DNA of 64,000 nt, from contig CAYRGW010000017.1 in NCBI GenBank assembly GCA_964423815.1, positions 606-64,605 of the forward strand, given 5' to 3'. This document shows positions 36,583 to 45,717 of the stretch, in pieces. The notes under the pieces were generated by a model. That model did no database searches. It saw only the letters and a list, made by a program, of their open reading frames with translations, and had not been told where the DNA came from. The stretch comes from an uncultured Solibacteraceae bacterium. GTDB lineage: Bacteria > Acidobacteriota > Vicinamibacteria > Vicinamibacterales > SCN-69-37. The translations under genes were made by a program, and so were the position numbers. Every line of letters starts with the position of its first letter. The stretch's first letter is position 1.

Positions 36583-36914
36583 GACCGCGCCTTCTCCAGG
36601 TTTGGCTGAAGGCCATCCCACATCTTCGCGAGGCGTTCGCGCGACTGCCGCAACGCGGTGGCTCCCAGAGGCCGCAACTTAAACTGACGTTTGGCCCGGC
36701 CGCCACGCTGAGCTGTCGGGTCGGTCATCACCGACTTCACAAATCCCTTGGTTTCGAGCCGGTTCAAGGTCGTGTACATCGCGCCAATGGCGATGTCGCG
36801 CCCGGTCCGTCTCTCCACTTCCTGACGAATCGTCACGCCGTACGCGTCGTCGCCCAGGTGGACAATGGCCAGCAGGAGCAGTTGTTCAAATTCGCCAAGG
36901 CTGTCGGTGCGCAT
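36579..36914 (-). CDS. PadR-family transcriptional regulator
   Basis: Contains LGEFEQLLLLAIVHLGDDAYGVTIRQEVERRTGRDIAIGAMYTTLNRLETKGFV. The start is at Met8 (cat 36912-36914), and a GTG alternative is at 36935. Confidence 0.88.
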   Translation of the reverse strand: MRTDSLGEFEQLLLLAIVHLGDDAYGVTIRQEVERRTGRDIAIGAMYTTLNRLETKGFVKSVMTDPTAQRGGRAKRQFKLRPLGATALRQSRERLAKMWDGLQPNLEKARS

Positions 36915-36983
36915 ATTTATACTGCTTTGTAGCACAAATAGACGGACCCCGTGAGGAAAAGGTTGGGCTATCCTTCAGGAACT

Positions 36984-37460
36984 ATGGCGACCCGCTACTG
37001 GCTGATGAAGTGTGAACCCGACGCGTACACGATTGACGATCTTGAACGGGACGGGCAGACCAGCTGGGAAGGGGTGCGGAACTATCAGGCGCGCAACTTC
37101 ATGCGCGACCAGATGCAGGAAGGTGACGGCGTCCTGTTTTATGCATCCAATGCCGACCCATCCGGCGTCACCGGTCTTGCCCGGATCTCGCGGGCAGGGT
37201 ATCCAGACCATCTGTCCTGGAAAAAGGGTCACGAATATTTTGATCCCGCCAGCACCAAGGACAAGCCGCTCTGGTTCATGGTGGACATTGCCTTCGTGGA
37301 GAACTTCGGTGGCACCGTGCCGCTGACGACCCTCAAGTCCACCAAGGGCCTGGAAGAGATGAAGGTGATTCAGAAGGGGAGCCGTCTCTCGGTGCAGCCG
37401 GTCACCAAGTCCGAATATGACATCGTCGTGAAACTCGGTCGCCGCCTTGGCAAAGCCTGA
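36984..37460 (+). CDS. EVE (PUA-like) domain protein
   Basis: Starts MATRYWLMKCEPDAYTIDDL...WEGVRNYQARNFMRDQMQEGDGVLFY, with a C-terminal LSVQPVTKSEYD. The start is at Met12 of the tracked ORF. Confidence 0.85.
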   Translation: MATRYWLMKCEPDAYTIDDLERDGQTSWEGVRNYQARNFMRDQMQEGDGVLFYASNADPSGVTGLARISRAGYPDHLSWKKGHEYFDPASTKDKPLWFMVDIAFVENFGGTVPLTTLKSTKGLEEMKVIQKGSRLSVQPVTKSEYDIVVKLGRRLGKA

Positions 37461-38649
37461 GGGCACAGGCACCGCGTTTCCGGTGCTGGTCGCGTTGACC
37501 GGCTGCCATCTGATCAACGACCTGCTGCAGTCGCTGCTGCCCGCGTTGTATCCAATGATGAAGGGTGCGTTCGCACTCGACTTCTGGCAGATCGGGATGA
37601 TCACGATGACCAATCAGGTCACATCCTCACTCCTGCAGCCGTTTGTCGGGTGGTACACCGATCACCGGCCTCATCCGTATTCGTTGCCGATCGGCATGGG
37701 GTTCACGCTGATTGGTCTCATCCTGCTGGCCACGGCGTCCGGGTATGCGGGTCTGCTTGTGGCGGCGGCGCTTGTCGGCATCGGTTCGTCGATCTTCCAC
37801 CCGGAGTCCTCACGCATCGCCCGGCTTGCCTCGGGTGGTCGACACGGACTCGCGCAGTCACTCTTTCAGACCGGCGGCAACTTCGGGACCTCGCTGGGGC
37901 CACTCATGGCCGCGTTTATTGTGTTGCCGCGCGGCCAGGGGGCCGTCGGCTGGTTCACAATCGTCGCGCTTGTCGGGATCGTGATCCTGTGGCGTATTGG
38001 CCGGTGGTACTGGACGACCGGTCGTCTTCGGCAGCGGGCCACGACGCCCACGTCGGTCCATGGCGAACTGGCGCCCGCGCGTGTCCGCTGGTTGCTGGTG
38101 ATTCTGCTCGGCCTGGTCTTCTCGAAGTATGTCTACATTTCCAGTTTCGTCAGCTACTTCATGTTTTTCCTGATCGAACGTTTCGGGGTGTCGCTGGAGC
38201 AGGCGCAGTTCCACCTGTTTGCGTTCCTTGGCGCGGTGGCCGCGGGCACATTCATCGGCGGGCCGGTCGGTGATCGCTTCGGTCGCAAACGTGTGATCCT
38301 GGGATCCATTGTCGGCATTCTCCCGTTTGCGATCGCGCTTCCATACCTGTCGCTCTTCTGGACAACCGTGTTGAGTGTGCTCATCGGGCTCATTCTGTCG
38401 TCGGCGTTTTCCGCGATCCTTGTGTATGCGCAGGAACTTGTGCCGACACGCGTGGGCCTGGTGTCCGGGTTGTTCTTTGGGTTTGCGTTTGGTGTGGCCG
38501 GCGTCGGCGCGGCCGTCTTGGGGTGGGCCGCCGACGTCAGCGGCATCGTGACCGTGTTCCGGTGGTGTGCGTGGCTCCCGGTTCTGGGGCTGATTGCCTT
38601 ATGGTTGCCCGACGTGCGGGCGTCACATACTCCCTCCCCGGTCCCCTGA
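37447..38649 (+). CDS. MFS transporter (Fsr / fosmidomycin-resistance-like subfamily)
   Basis: GCHLINDLLQSLLPALYPMMKGAFALDFWQIGMI...QPFVGWYTDHRP is typical of Fsr-like MFS transporters. 12 TM helices. The TTG start overlaps the EVE gene by 14 nt. Confidence 0.8.
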   Translation: MAKPEGTGTAFPVLVALTGCHLINDLLQSLLPALYPMMKGAFALDFWQIGMITMTNQVTSSLLQPFVGWYTDHRPHPYSLPIGMGFTLIGLILLATASGYAGLLVAAALVGIGSSIFHPESSRIARLASGGRHGLAQSLFQTGGNFGTSLGPLMAAFIVLPRGQGAVGWFTIVALVGIVILWRIGRWYWTTGRLRQRATTPTSVHGELAPARVRWLLVILLGLVFSKYVYISSFVSYFMFFLIERFGVSLEQAQFHLFAFLGAVAAGTFIGGPVGDRFGRKRVILGSIVGILPFAIALPYLSLFWTTVLSVLIGLILSSAFSAILVYAQELVPTRVGLVSGLFFGFAFGVAGVGAAVLGWAADVSGIVTVFRWCAWLPVLGLIALWLPDVRASHTPSPVP

Positions 38650-38750
38650 GCTATGTCTCCGCAAAATCACTTGATCTCCCTTCAGCAATAGCGCACCGTG
38701 GAGTGTTCGTTAATTCGGTCGTGTGTCTTTTTATTGTTGGAGATTAATCA

Positions 38751-39131
38751 ATGAAGCAATACCTGAAACCCGCCATCGTGGCATCGTGCCTGGCGGTTGT
38801 CGCCCTGGCGTCCATCACCCTTCAGGCGACGCAGCAGCGTCGCAACCTCGACTTCACGCTGGTCAACAAGACCGGTCTGACGATCATGGAGGTCTACCTC
38901 GGTCCCACCAGTGAAGACGAGTGGGGCGAAGACGTCATGGGCAAGGACGTGCTCAAGAACGGCGAAAAAGTCGACATCACTTTTTCGAGCGCCGAGACCG
39001 AGTGCAACTGGGACCTCAAGATCGTTGATGAAGACGATGACGAAGTCGAGTGGATCAAGCTCAACCTGTGCACCGCGAGCGAAATCACGCTGATGTACGA
39101 AGGCAAAAAGCCCACCGCGATCATCAAGTAA
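38751..39131 (+). CDS. Small secreted protein of unknown function
   Basis: Signal peptide MKQYLKPAIVASCLAVVALASITLQA. GGAGA lies 8 nt upstream of the ATG. The mature part is acidic with two Cys residues. The upstream region is locally AT-richer. Confidence 0.7.
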   Translation: MKQYLKPAIVASCLAVVALASITLQATQQRRNLDFTLVNKTGLTIMEVYLGPTSEDEWGEDVMGKDVLKNGEKVDITFSSAETECNWDLKIVDEDDDEVEWIKLNLCTASEITLMYEGKKPTAIIK

Positions 39132-39157
39132 GACCGTTCGACACGTCGTTCTTCGGA

Positions 39158-39187
39158 CCCGGCGACCGTCTGTTGACGGTTGCCGGG
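39158..39187 (+). terminator. Possible terminator hairpin (13-bp stem with one G-T pair, 4-nt loop, no U-tract)
   Basis: CCCGGCGACCGTC-tgtt-GACGGTTGCCGGG begins 27 nt after the 39131 stop. No T-run follows, so its function is uncertain. Confidence 0.3.
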
Positions 39188-39209
39188 CCTGATATACCAT
39201 CGACCTCAC

Positions 39210-39830
39210 ATGCGCGTGGCAATCGTTGGTGGTCCCGGCGTCGGCAAAAGCACTCTGGTCCGTCAGCTGGCTGACCTGTATCACCACGGGTCCTACGGCG
39301 AGGGCGAGAAGGGCGTCTGGGATCCCCGGGTGCTCTCGGACATCGAGGCCGGCCGCAATCCCGTCGGGGTCACGGCCTACTTCGCCGAACTGTATGACGC
39401 GAACTATCGCGATGCCGGCACACACGACGACCCCCGTCGCGTGATCTTTTTTGAAGGCGCCCGCCTCACCCTTGAAGCGCACATCGCCGAATATCCACCC
39501 GAATACCACGCGGCCTTGCGCGACGTGCTCACGATCGGCGACTCCTGGAATCCCGATCGCACCATCGTGCTGACCTCAAGCACCGACACCATCGAAAAAC
39601 ACATCCGCCTGCGCAGCCGCGCCCATGAAGAAGCGGAACAGATGGTGAGACGCTTTCGGCTCATTGACGCCGAGTTCCGACGGCTGGCGCCCACGTACCC
39701 GAACACGGTGGTGATCGACCGCGACGGCAAGGAGTTTCACGATCGCGCCGGGTTGGACGAAATCATCCGGCTTGCGCACCTTCCGCCCTATCAGGAAATT
39801 CCGTATCGCGACCTGAACCGTTACCCGTGA
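39210..39830 (+). CDS. P-loop NTPase (AAA / nucleoside-kinase-like)
   Basis: Walker A MRVAIVGGPGVGKSTL lies at the N-terminus of a 206-aa protein. The start is at Met11 of the tracked ORF. Confidence 0.7.
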   Translation: MRVAIVGGPGVGKSTLVRQLADLYHHGSYGEGEKGVWDPRVLSDIEAGRNPVGVTAYFAELYDANYRDAGTHDDPRRVIFFEGARLTLEAHIAEYPPEYHAALRDVLTIGDSWNPDRTIVLTSSTDTIEKHIRLRSRAHEEAEQMVRRFRLIDAEFRRLAPTYPNTVVIDRDGKEFHDRAGLDEIIRLAHLPPYQEIPYRDLNRYP

Positions 39831-39856
39831 ACCTTTTTCAGGCTCGCGCGACTGAT
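39828..39856 (+). promoter_or_regulatory. Candidate ECF-type promoter (TGAACC-N-aCTGAT) for the downstream ECF sigma operon
   Basis: AAC is at 39830-39832 and CTGA is at 39852-39855. This spacing matches the E. coli sigmaE-type degP promoter (GGAACTT-16-TCTGA). The start codons at 39861 and 39864 follow within 5-8 nt, implying a leaderless transcript. Confidence 0.3.
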
Positions 39857-39860
39857 CCAG

Positions 39861-40406
39861 GTGATGCCATCCCGAGACGATGAGCTGCTGGTGATCCGTT
39901 GCCAGCTGGGGGAGCCCGAGGCCTTTGACGCCCTCGTGCTGCGCTGGCACACGCCCCTGTCCCGGTATATCAAGGGCCTCCTGCCCTCCGACAGTCTCGC
40001 CGACGACGTCACCCAGGAGGTGTGGCTGGGGATCCTGCGGGGTATTCCCCGGCTCCGCGAACCCGCCGCGTTGGTGCCGTGGATCTTCGGGATTGCCCGC
40101 CGCACCGTGATGAGCCGGCTCCGCAACAAATACGCATCCTCAGCGGAGATCCAGGTCGAATCGCTCGACACATTGGAAGGTCCAGACATCGGCGACGCCG
40201 CAGACGACGCCTTCGACTGGAGCAGGGTCGAGCAGCAGCTCTCACGCCTCCAGGTGATCGACCGCGAGGTGCTGGTCCTGTTTTACCTCAAGGAAATGTC
40301 GCTGCTGGAGATCGCCGCCGTCCTCCATATCCCTGCCGGGACGGTGAAGTCGCGCCTGCACCGGGCGAGAACCCAACTGCGCGCTCTGCTGGAGGAGGCC
40401 CCATGA
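39861..40406 (+). CDS. ECF-type RNA polymerase sigma factor
   Basis: Region 2 (AFDALVLRWHTPLSRYIKGLL...DDVTQEVWLGILRG) and region 4 (LFYLKEMSLLEIAAVLHIPAGTVKSRLHRAR) are present. Confidence 0.9.
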   Translation: MMPSRDDELLVIRCQLGEPEAFDALVLRWHTPLSRYIKGLLPSDSLADDVTQEVWLGILRGIPRLREPAALVPWIFGIARRTVMSRLRNKYASSAEIQVESLDTLEGPDIGDAADDAFDWSRVEQQLSRLQVIDREVLVLFYLKEMSLLEIAAVLHIPAGTVKSRLHRARTQLRALLEEAP

Positions 40407-40876
40407 CGCCCGAAGAGATTCAGACACTTGTGCGTGGGCAGATCTCCGGCCGGTCAAAAATTCTGTATGCAGCACTCCTGGTCGCTGCGGCCGCAATGGC
40501 GATCGTGGTGACGTCAATCTGGATTACCGAACCGACCCTGCCTGTGCGCACCCACGTGGCGTTCGCCGGCCTGGTCCTGATCGCGCTCGGATGGATGACA
40601 CACGCGATCTGGGTGTTGACGCACACCGCGATTCTGCTCGTGCCCCATCAAGTGCAGGCGGCGCGCTTGTCGATGGCTGCGTGTGTGGTGTTTCTCGGTG
40701 GATGCGGCCTGGCCTGGGTACTCGTCGGTGGGCAGGCCTCGGTGCTGGCAACGATGAGCGCAGTCGTGATGACAGGTGTGTCGGTCTACAACGTTCGTCG
40801 CGCCACCAACCGCCATCGCGCACTGGTGCGCAGACGCGATGCGCTCGTTAACAGAGAACGGGCAAGGCCAATATGA
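40403..40876 (+). CDS. Four-TM membrane protein, positional candidate anti-sigma factor
   Basis: The ATG overlaps the sigma stop as ATGA. The protein is 157 aa with about 20 cytoplasmic residues followed by four hydrophobic helices. It has no recognisable anti-sigma domain. Confidence 0.6.
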   Translation: MTPEEIQTLVRGQISGRSKILYAALLVAAAAMAIVVTSIWITEPTLPVRTHVAFAGLVLIALGWMTHAIWVLTHTAILLVPHQVQAARLSMAACVVFLGGCGLAWVLVGGQASVLATMSAVVMTGVSVYNVRRATNRHRALVRRRDALVNRERARPI

Positions 40877-41628
40877 AAAAGGGCGGACTGCACTCGTGGA
40901 TTCGACGGATCTGGCTGTCGGCCGCGACCATCTTCATGGTGTGGCTGGTGTGGAATGCCCAGTCACACGGTGTCGACGCGAACCTCCTGCAATCCACATC
41001 GACACTCTCGGTGGACATAACCGACGAGATGACGGTGTTTATGCCGGCTGACATCACGCCTGAGGATCCCGCGCTCGTGTTCCTGCCCGGCGGCGGTGTG
41101 GACCCGGACGCGTATGTGCCCCTGCTGCGCCGCATCGCCGAGAGTGGTGTGCCCGTCGCGCTGGTGAGGTTGCCGTGGCGCATGGCGTTTACTGACGAGG
41201 CCAAGGCTGAGACGTGGGCGCGGGTCCAGCGGGCGCGGGCCTACCTGGGTGCTGTCAGACGCGTGATCCTCGCCGGTCATTCGCGTGGTGCCGCGCTCTC
41301 CGGGGGTTTTGCGTTCGCCCACCCGCAGGACCTGTCGGGCCTGATCATGATCGGCACGACGCACCCAAGGGATCACAATTTGTCGGCGCTCAGGATCCCG
41401 GTGCTGAAGATTGCGGCCACACGCGACTGTGTCGCCGATCTTGACGCCACAAAAGCCAATGCCCATAACCTGCCGGCGACCACGACCTGGGTCGTCATTG
41501 AGGGCGGCAATCACGCGCAGTTTGGCTATTACGGCACCCAGCTGGGCGACTGCTCAGCGGACATCACACGCGACGCCCAGCAGACCCAGACATTCGACGC
41601 GATTCTCAGCTGGCTGGCGACGTTCTAG
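40873..41628 (+). CDS. Alpha/beta hydrolase (dienelactone-hydrolase-like) with N-terminal membrane anchor
   Basis: The ATG overlaps the upstream stop as ATGA. The nucleophile elbow is LAGHSRGAA, and GGNHAQFG lies near the C-terminus. Confidence 0.75.
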   Translation: MKKGGLHSWIRRIWLSAATIFMVWLVWNAQSHGVDANLLQSTSTLSVDITDEMTVFMPADITPEDPALVFLPGGGVDPDAYVPLLRRIAESGVPVALVRLPWRMAFTDEAKAETWARVQRARAYLGAVRRVILAGHSRGAALSGGFAFAHPQDLSGLIMIGTTHPRDHNLSALRIPVLKIAATRDCVADLDATKANAHNLPATTTWVVIEGGNHAQFGYYGTQLGDCSADITRDAQQTQTFDAILSWLATF

Positions 41629-41630
41629 CG

Positions 41631-42776
41631 TCACCACTTCCGGTCGTTCACCTGGGGCCCCGCGAACCGATGGAGGCTGAAGGCCGGATCGGGTCCGGCC
41701 TCCCCGAGCACCGCGTCGGTCATGATCTCGCCGATCGCCGGTCCCATCTTGAATCCATGTCCCGATCCGCCGCCGACCAGCCAGACCTTCGTCGTGTCCG
41801 GGTGTGTATCCATGATCAAGTGGGAGTCGGCTGTCGCTTCGTACTGGCACACCTCACCTGACAACCATGGCGCACCAGCCATCTGCGGGAATCGTCGGGC
41901 CAGATATTCCCGCACGCGCGTGATGTCGTCCTCCGCGATCAGCCGCGGATCGGTCGTCGGATCCATCGGCGGTCCGGAGGTGTCGTCCGCAATCTTGAAT
42001 CCCCGCTCATCGTCTGCCGGGAAGCCGTACATGACGGGTGGACCCAGTTCGAGCCACACCGGAAGCTGGGGCGAGGCAAACACGGGCTCACCAGCCGGGA
42101 CACCGAAATAGTGAACGACCTGCCGCGTGGGGGTGATCCGTGATCCGAGGACAGTCGGAAAGAGTCGACCCAGCCACGGCCCGCAGGCGTAGACGACGAC
42201 ATCGGCGGGCAGGATGGTGCCGTCATTTAATGTGACCACGCGTGGGTCGTCCGGCGGGAGCACTTCGGCGACCTGGTAACGGCCACCCAGGGATACTAAG
42301 TGATTGACCACCGCCGCGCAGGCGCGGCGGGCGTACAGATATCCGGCCTCCGGTTCGAACAGGACCGATTCGAGACCAGAAAAACTGATTTGGGGCCAGC
42401 GGCGCGCGGCGTCCCCGGTGGACACCATTTCCACCGCGATGCCTTCCGCCTGCAGGGCGGCCAAAGACTCATGTCCGAAACGTGCGTCGGCGCCACTCAT
42501 CCAGATCGCGCCGGTGGTGCGCAGGCATCCGTGGCCCCAGTCGTGGTCATGGTCCTTCCAGAGGCGCAAGGCCCTGGCGGCCATCCGTGTGTAGATGCGC
42601 CGCGGTCCGTAGGTCGCCCGGATGATCCGGGTTTCTCCTCCGGAGGAGGCTTTGGCATGGCCGGGTCCCGCCGCATCCACCAGGGTGACATCGACCCCCT
42701 GCTGCCTGAGCGACAATGCGGTCCAGCCGCCAAAAGCGCCGGCACCCACCACCACAACCTTCGGACGGGAGGACAT
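41631..42776 (-). CDS. FAD-dependent oxidoreductase (DAO family, sarcosine/N-methyltryptophan oxidase-like)
   Basis: Contains KVVVVGAGAFGGWTALSL (dinucleotide fold) and SSGGETRIIR. 381 aa. Confidence 0.8.
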   Translation of the reverse strand: MSSRPKVVVVGAGAFGGWTALSLRQQGVDVTLVDAAGPGHAKASSGGETRIIRATYGPRRIYTRMAARALRLWKDHDHDWGHGCLRTTGAIWMSGADARFGHESLAALQAEGIAVEMVSTGDAARRWPQISFSGLESVLFEPEAGYLYARRACAAVVNHLVSLGGRYQVAEVLPPDDPRVVTLNDGTILPADVVVYACGPWLGRLFPTVLGSRITPTRQVVHYFGVPAGEPVFASPQLPVWLELGPPVMYGFPADDERGFKIADDTSGPPMDPTTDPRLIAEDDITRVREYLARRFPQMAGAPWLSGEVCQYEATADSHLIMDTHPDTTKVWLVGGGSGHGFKMGPAIGEIMTDAVLGEAGPDPAFSLHRFAGPQVNDRKW

Positions 42777-42796
42777 GCCCGGGTAGAATACCTGCC

Positions 42797-43372
42797 ATGG
42801 CTGCCCTGATTGAAGCGATTGAGATCAAACGGAAGATGTATTTCGAGTACGAAAACGCCCCCTACAACTGCTTGGAAGTTGAAGTGTCAAAACCCACTGC
42901 CCGAGGCGGCCAGACACTGGTGCGGGTGAAGATGCGCAATCTGCTGACGCGCGCCGTGTTTGATCGCACGTTCAAGGCTGGGGAGAAATTTCCAGAGCCG
43001 GATCTGGTGAAGGTGCCCGCGACATTCCTGTATGGCGATGCCGACGGGTATCACTTCATGGATCAGGCGAACTTCGAGACCCTCACCCTCACGGGCGACA
43101 TGTTGGGGGATGAGCGGCTGTTGCTGGTTGACAACCTCGAAGTGCAGGTCCAGAAGTACAACGGCAATCCGATTGCCATCCAGTTCCCCGCCCACGTGGA
43201 ACTCGCCGTCGCGTCCTGCGAGGGCGCCGTGCGCGGCGACACCAGCAGCGGCAGCGTCACCAAACTGGCCGTGCTCGAGACGGGGATGGAGCTGCGGGTC
43301 CCGCTCTTCATCAAAGAGGGCGAAAAGGTCAAAGTCCATACCGAGACGCTGGAGTTCGCCGGGAGAGCCTGA
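42797..43372 (+). CDS. yeiP: Elongation factor P-like protein (YeiP/EfpL type)
   Basis: Colinear with E. coli YeiP, including the loop SKPTARGGQTL (compare SPTARGAATL) and the C-terminal GEKVKVHTETLEFAGRA. The start is at Met28 of the tracked ORF. Confidence 0.85.
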   Translation: MAALIEAIEIKRKMYFEYENAPYNCLEVEVSKPTARGGQTLVRVKMRNLLTRAVFDRTFKAGEKFPEPDLVKVPATFLYGDADGYHFMDQANFETLTLTGDMLGDERLLLVDNLEVQVQKYNGNPIAIQFPAHVELAVASCEGAVRGDTSSGSVTKLAVLETGMELRVPLFIKEGEKVKVHTETLEFAGRA

Positions 43373-43503
43373 CAACCTCATCCCTTTGCGCCAGTCTCCG
43401 CTTGTCCCAGCGATCGTGGGTTTCGTCCCGAGACCATCACGGTGGCTCAGGTCGTCGCATAGTGTTGGTGACTTGTGAGGAGACTTTGCGTCAAAGGACC
43501 GTC

Positions 43504-44973
43504 ATGAGACTCGCCCCACTTGTTCTGGTTCTGACAAGCCTCCCGCCTTCAGTGTGGACGCAACCCATGCCGACGCTTGTGTCTGACCCCACTCGAGTGG
43601 TCCGGGACACACGCGGGGGAGGCGCGCAGGGTTTCCACATCGAGTCCGCAATCCTTGGAGAACGGCGGCGCATCTCCATCGTCTTGCCGCCGTCGTTCAC
43701 GGTGAGTGCCCCGACGCGCCGATATCCGGTCACCGTTGTGCTCGACGGAGAGGTGTCGGTGCCGACGCATGCGGTAGTCAGCGACGAACTGACCCGCAAC
43801 GGTCTGATTCCAGAGAGTGTGATCGTTGCGATTGAAAACACGAACCGCCTGCGCGATTTGACGCCGCCGGGCGTGTCGGTGAGCGGCAGCAGCCTCCGTG
43901 AAGGCGGCGATCAGTTTCTCGACTTTATTGAGAAGGAGCTCCTCCCGGCGGTCGACCGTCAGTTTCGTGGTGGCGCGCCGCGCACGATTGTTGGCCACTC
44001 CTCGGGAGGCCTGTTGGCGACATATGCCGCGGCGACACGCGTGACGTACCGTAATGTTGTCGCCATCGACGCGCCGATAGAAGTGGGCCAGAGCTGGGTG
44101 GCGCAACACATGATGACTCGCGCAGCCACGCCCGCCGGAGCAGCCATCCGCTACGCCTCAATTGAAGCAAGGTACGGATGGCCCGACGCCTCCTGGGCAC
44201 AACTCGTGGCAGCCGCACCGAGCACCTGGATACTTCATCGGGAACGCTTCAGTTCACGGGAAACCCACGAGTCCATTCCACTCGTCGGGATGTACCTCGG
44301 GCTTCGTGAAGTCTGGCGGGATTACTCCGTGACCGCTGCACCCACAGTTCCGACCAGTGCGGTGCTCCCGTACTACGCGTCGCTTGGCGCAGGGGTGGCG
44401 CCGCCTCAACGCCTCCTTGAGCAGGTCGTAGAGGACCTCATCGACGAGGGGCGCGGGAAGGCTGCGCGCGTCGCGTTTAATCTCCTGATTGAACATTACG
44501 GGCGACCCCTGGACGAAGCGGACTTGAGCGCACGGCTCGCCGATGCCGAACGCCGGCCGGAGCCGACCGAAACCGTTGAAGGTCTGATCGCCACGCCGTT
44601 CCCCACACCCGACCAGGTGGCCCCTTATGTCGGCGACTGGGTCGGGGACATCTGGATGAATCCTGGGCAGCCACGTACCGGCAGCGTCACGCTTCGCATT
44701 CGGATCACCGACGGCCGCGTGACCGGCGAGACTGTTCGCGCGAACGCCCCCCCGGGTCAGGCCGTGCAGCGATGGGAGTATCTCCGCATCACGCCGGAGG
44801 GTCTGACCTTCGGCTTCATGAACGGCATGCGCCCCCGCGGCGCCGTGTTGTTCGAAGGCACACTTCGTGGCGACGTCCTGAGCGGTACCAACCGGTTCGG
44901 TGGCATCAGTCCCCGCGGCCCCGATGGCAATCCTCCACCGCCTCTGTATTTTGAATTCAAGAGAGTGCGGTGA
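43504..44973 (+). CDS. Secreted esterase-family alpha/beta hydrolase with extra C-terminal domain
   Basis: Signal peptide MRLAPLVLVLTSLPPSVWT. It has YPVTVVLDGE and the nucleophile elbow IVGHSSGGLLA. The start is at Met35 of the tracked ORF. Confidence 0.75.
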   Translation: MRLAPLVLVLTSLPPSVWTQPMPTLVSDPTRVVRDTRGGGAQGFHIESAILGERRRISIVLPPSFTVSAPTRRYPVTVVLDGEVSVPTHAVVSDELTRNGLIPESVIVAIENTNRLRDLTPPGVSVSGSSLREGGDQFLDFIEKELLPAVDRQFRGGAPRTIVGHSSGGLLATYAAATRVTYRNVVAIDAPIEVGQSWVAQHMMTRAATPAGAAIRYASIEARYGWPDASWAQLVAAAPSTWILHRERFSSRETHESIPLVGMYLGLREVWRDYSVTAAPTVPTSAVLPYYASLGAGVAPPQRLLEQVVEDLIDEGRGKAARVAFNLLIEHYGRPLDEADLSARLADAERRPEPTETVEGLIATPFPTPDQVAPYVGDWVGDIWMNPGQPRTGSVTLRIRITDGRVTGETVRANAPPGQAVQRWEYLRITPEGLTFGFMNGMRPRGAVLFEGTLRGDVLSGTNRFGGISPRGPDGNPPPPLYFEFKRVR

Positions 44974-44979
44974 GCTGCG

Positions 44980-45702
44980 CTAGCGCGGGCGCTGAAACAG
45001 CGCGTCGGTGAGAGGGACGTTCACAGCGAGTGTCTTGATCATCGCGCGCCAGGTGCCGTCAGGTGACGACACCCAGAGCGGGTGATGAATACCTTCGTGC
45101 ACGAACTCCCACGGCCCCGACGCCGTGCCGGCGTCGTTGGCATGCGCGCCAAACGCGTACGGCTCACCTCTGGCATCCAGAGCAAACCACAGGATGCGGG
45201 CGCCGTTTTCATGAATTTCCAGGCGACGCTGTGGGTTGATCGACAACGTCAGCGCGGCGTCTCGCGCGGCAATACGGTGCAACGTCCGATAGACGTGGCC
45301 GGCATACCACTGCAGGTCGGTCTTCATCAGATCCGCAGGCACGTCCTGAACGACACCGGCCCGCGTCAGCATCCAGCTTCGGGGGCCGTCGATGACGCGC
45401 ACGACCTTGAGGTTCGGGCCGGTCGTGTCAATCCGGAAACGCGGTCGCGTGAAGTCCATCGTGATGACCACACGCAGCACCGTCGGATCCTCGACGAGGT
45501 TCTGTTGCGAGTCATTCACCGTGTTGGTGACGGCCGCCCAGCGGGCGCGACCGCCGATCGCGCCCAGCAGGCGATCGGCCATTTGTTCCGGTGTCTCGGC
45601 CGTCTGCGGCGCAACAGTCGAGGCCACGATGAGCGTGAGGGCGAGGGTGGCGAGTGGAATCACACCAGATGATCTAGCAGCCCCCCCGCAACTTGTCGAC
45701 AC
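44980..45702 (-). CDS. Secreted protein, tentatively LolA-like fold (paralogue of 45797-46543)
   Basis: It has a signal-like N-terminus and shares the motif AD.LL.AIGGRA.WA with its neighbour (ADEIIEKHLAAIGGRAALA). The family assignment is tentative. Confidence 0.55.
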   Translation of the reverse strand: MSTSCGGAARSSGVIPLATLALTLIVASTVAPQTAETPEQMADRLLGAIGGRARWAAVTNTVNDSQQNLVEDPTVLRVVITMDFTRPRFRIDTTGPNLKVVRVIDGPRSWMLTRAGVVQDVPADLMKTDLQWYAGHVYRTLHRIAARDAALTLSINPQRRLEIHENGARILWFALDARGEPYAFGAHANDAGTASGPWEFVHEGIHHPLWVSSPDGTWRAMIKTLAVNVPLTDALFQRPR

Positions 45703-45717
45703 TTTTGGGACGAATCT

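Noticed and set aside
36926-36938. The palindrome TTTGT-agc-ACAAA near the padR start, considered as a PadR operator.
   Set aside because: The arms are only 5 bp, and the site overlaps the alternative GTG start. It does not resemble the longer palindromes I associate with PadR operators, so the evidence is insufficient.
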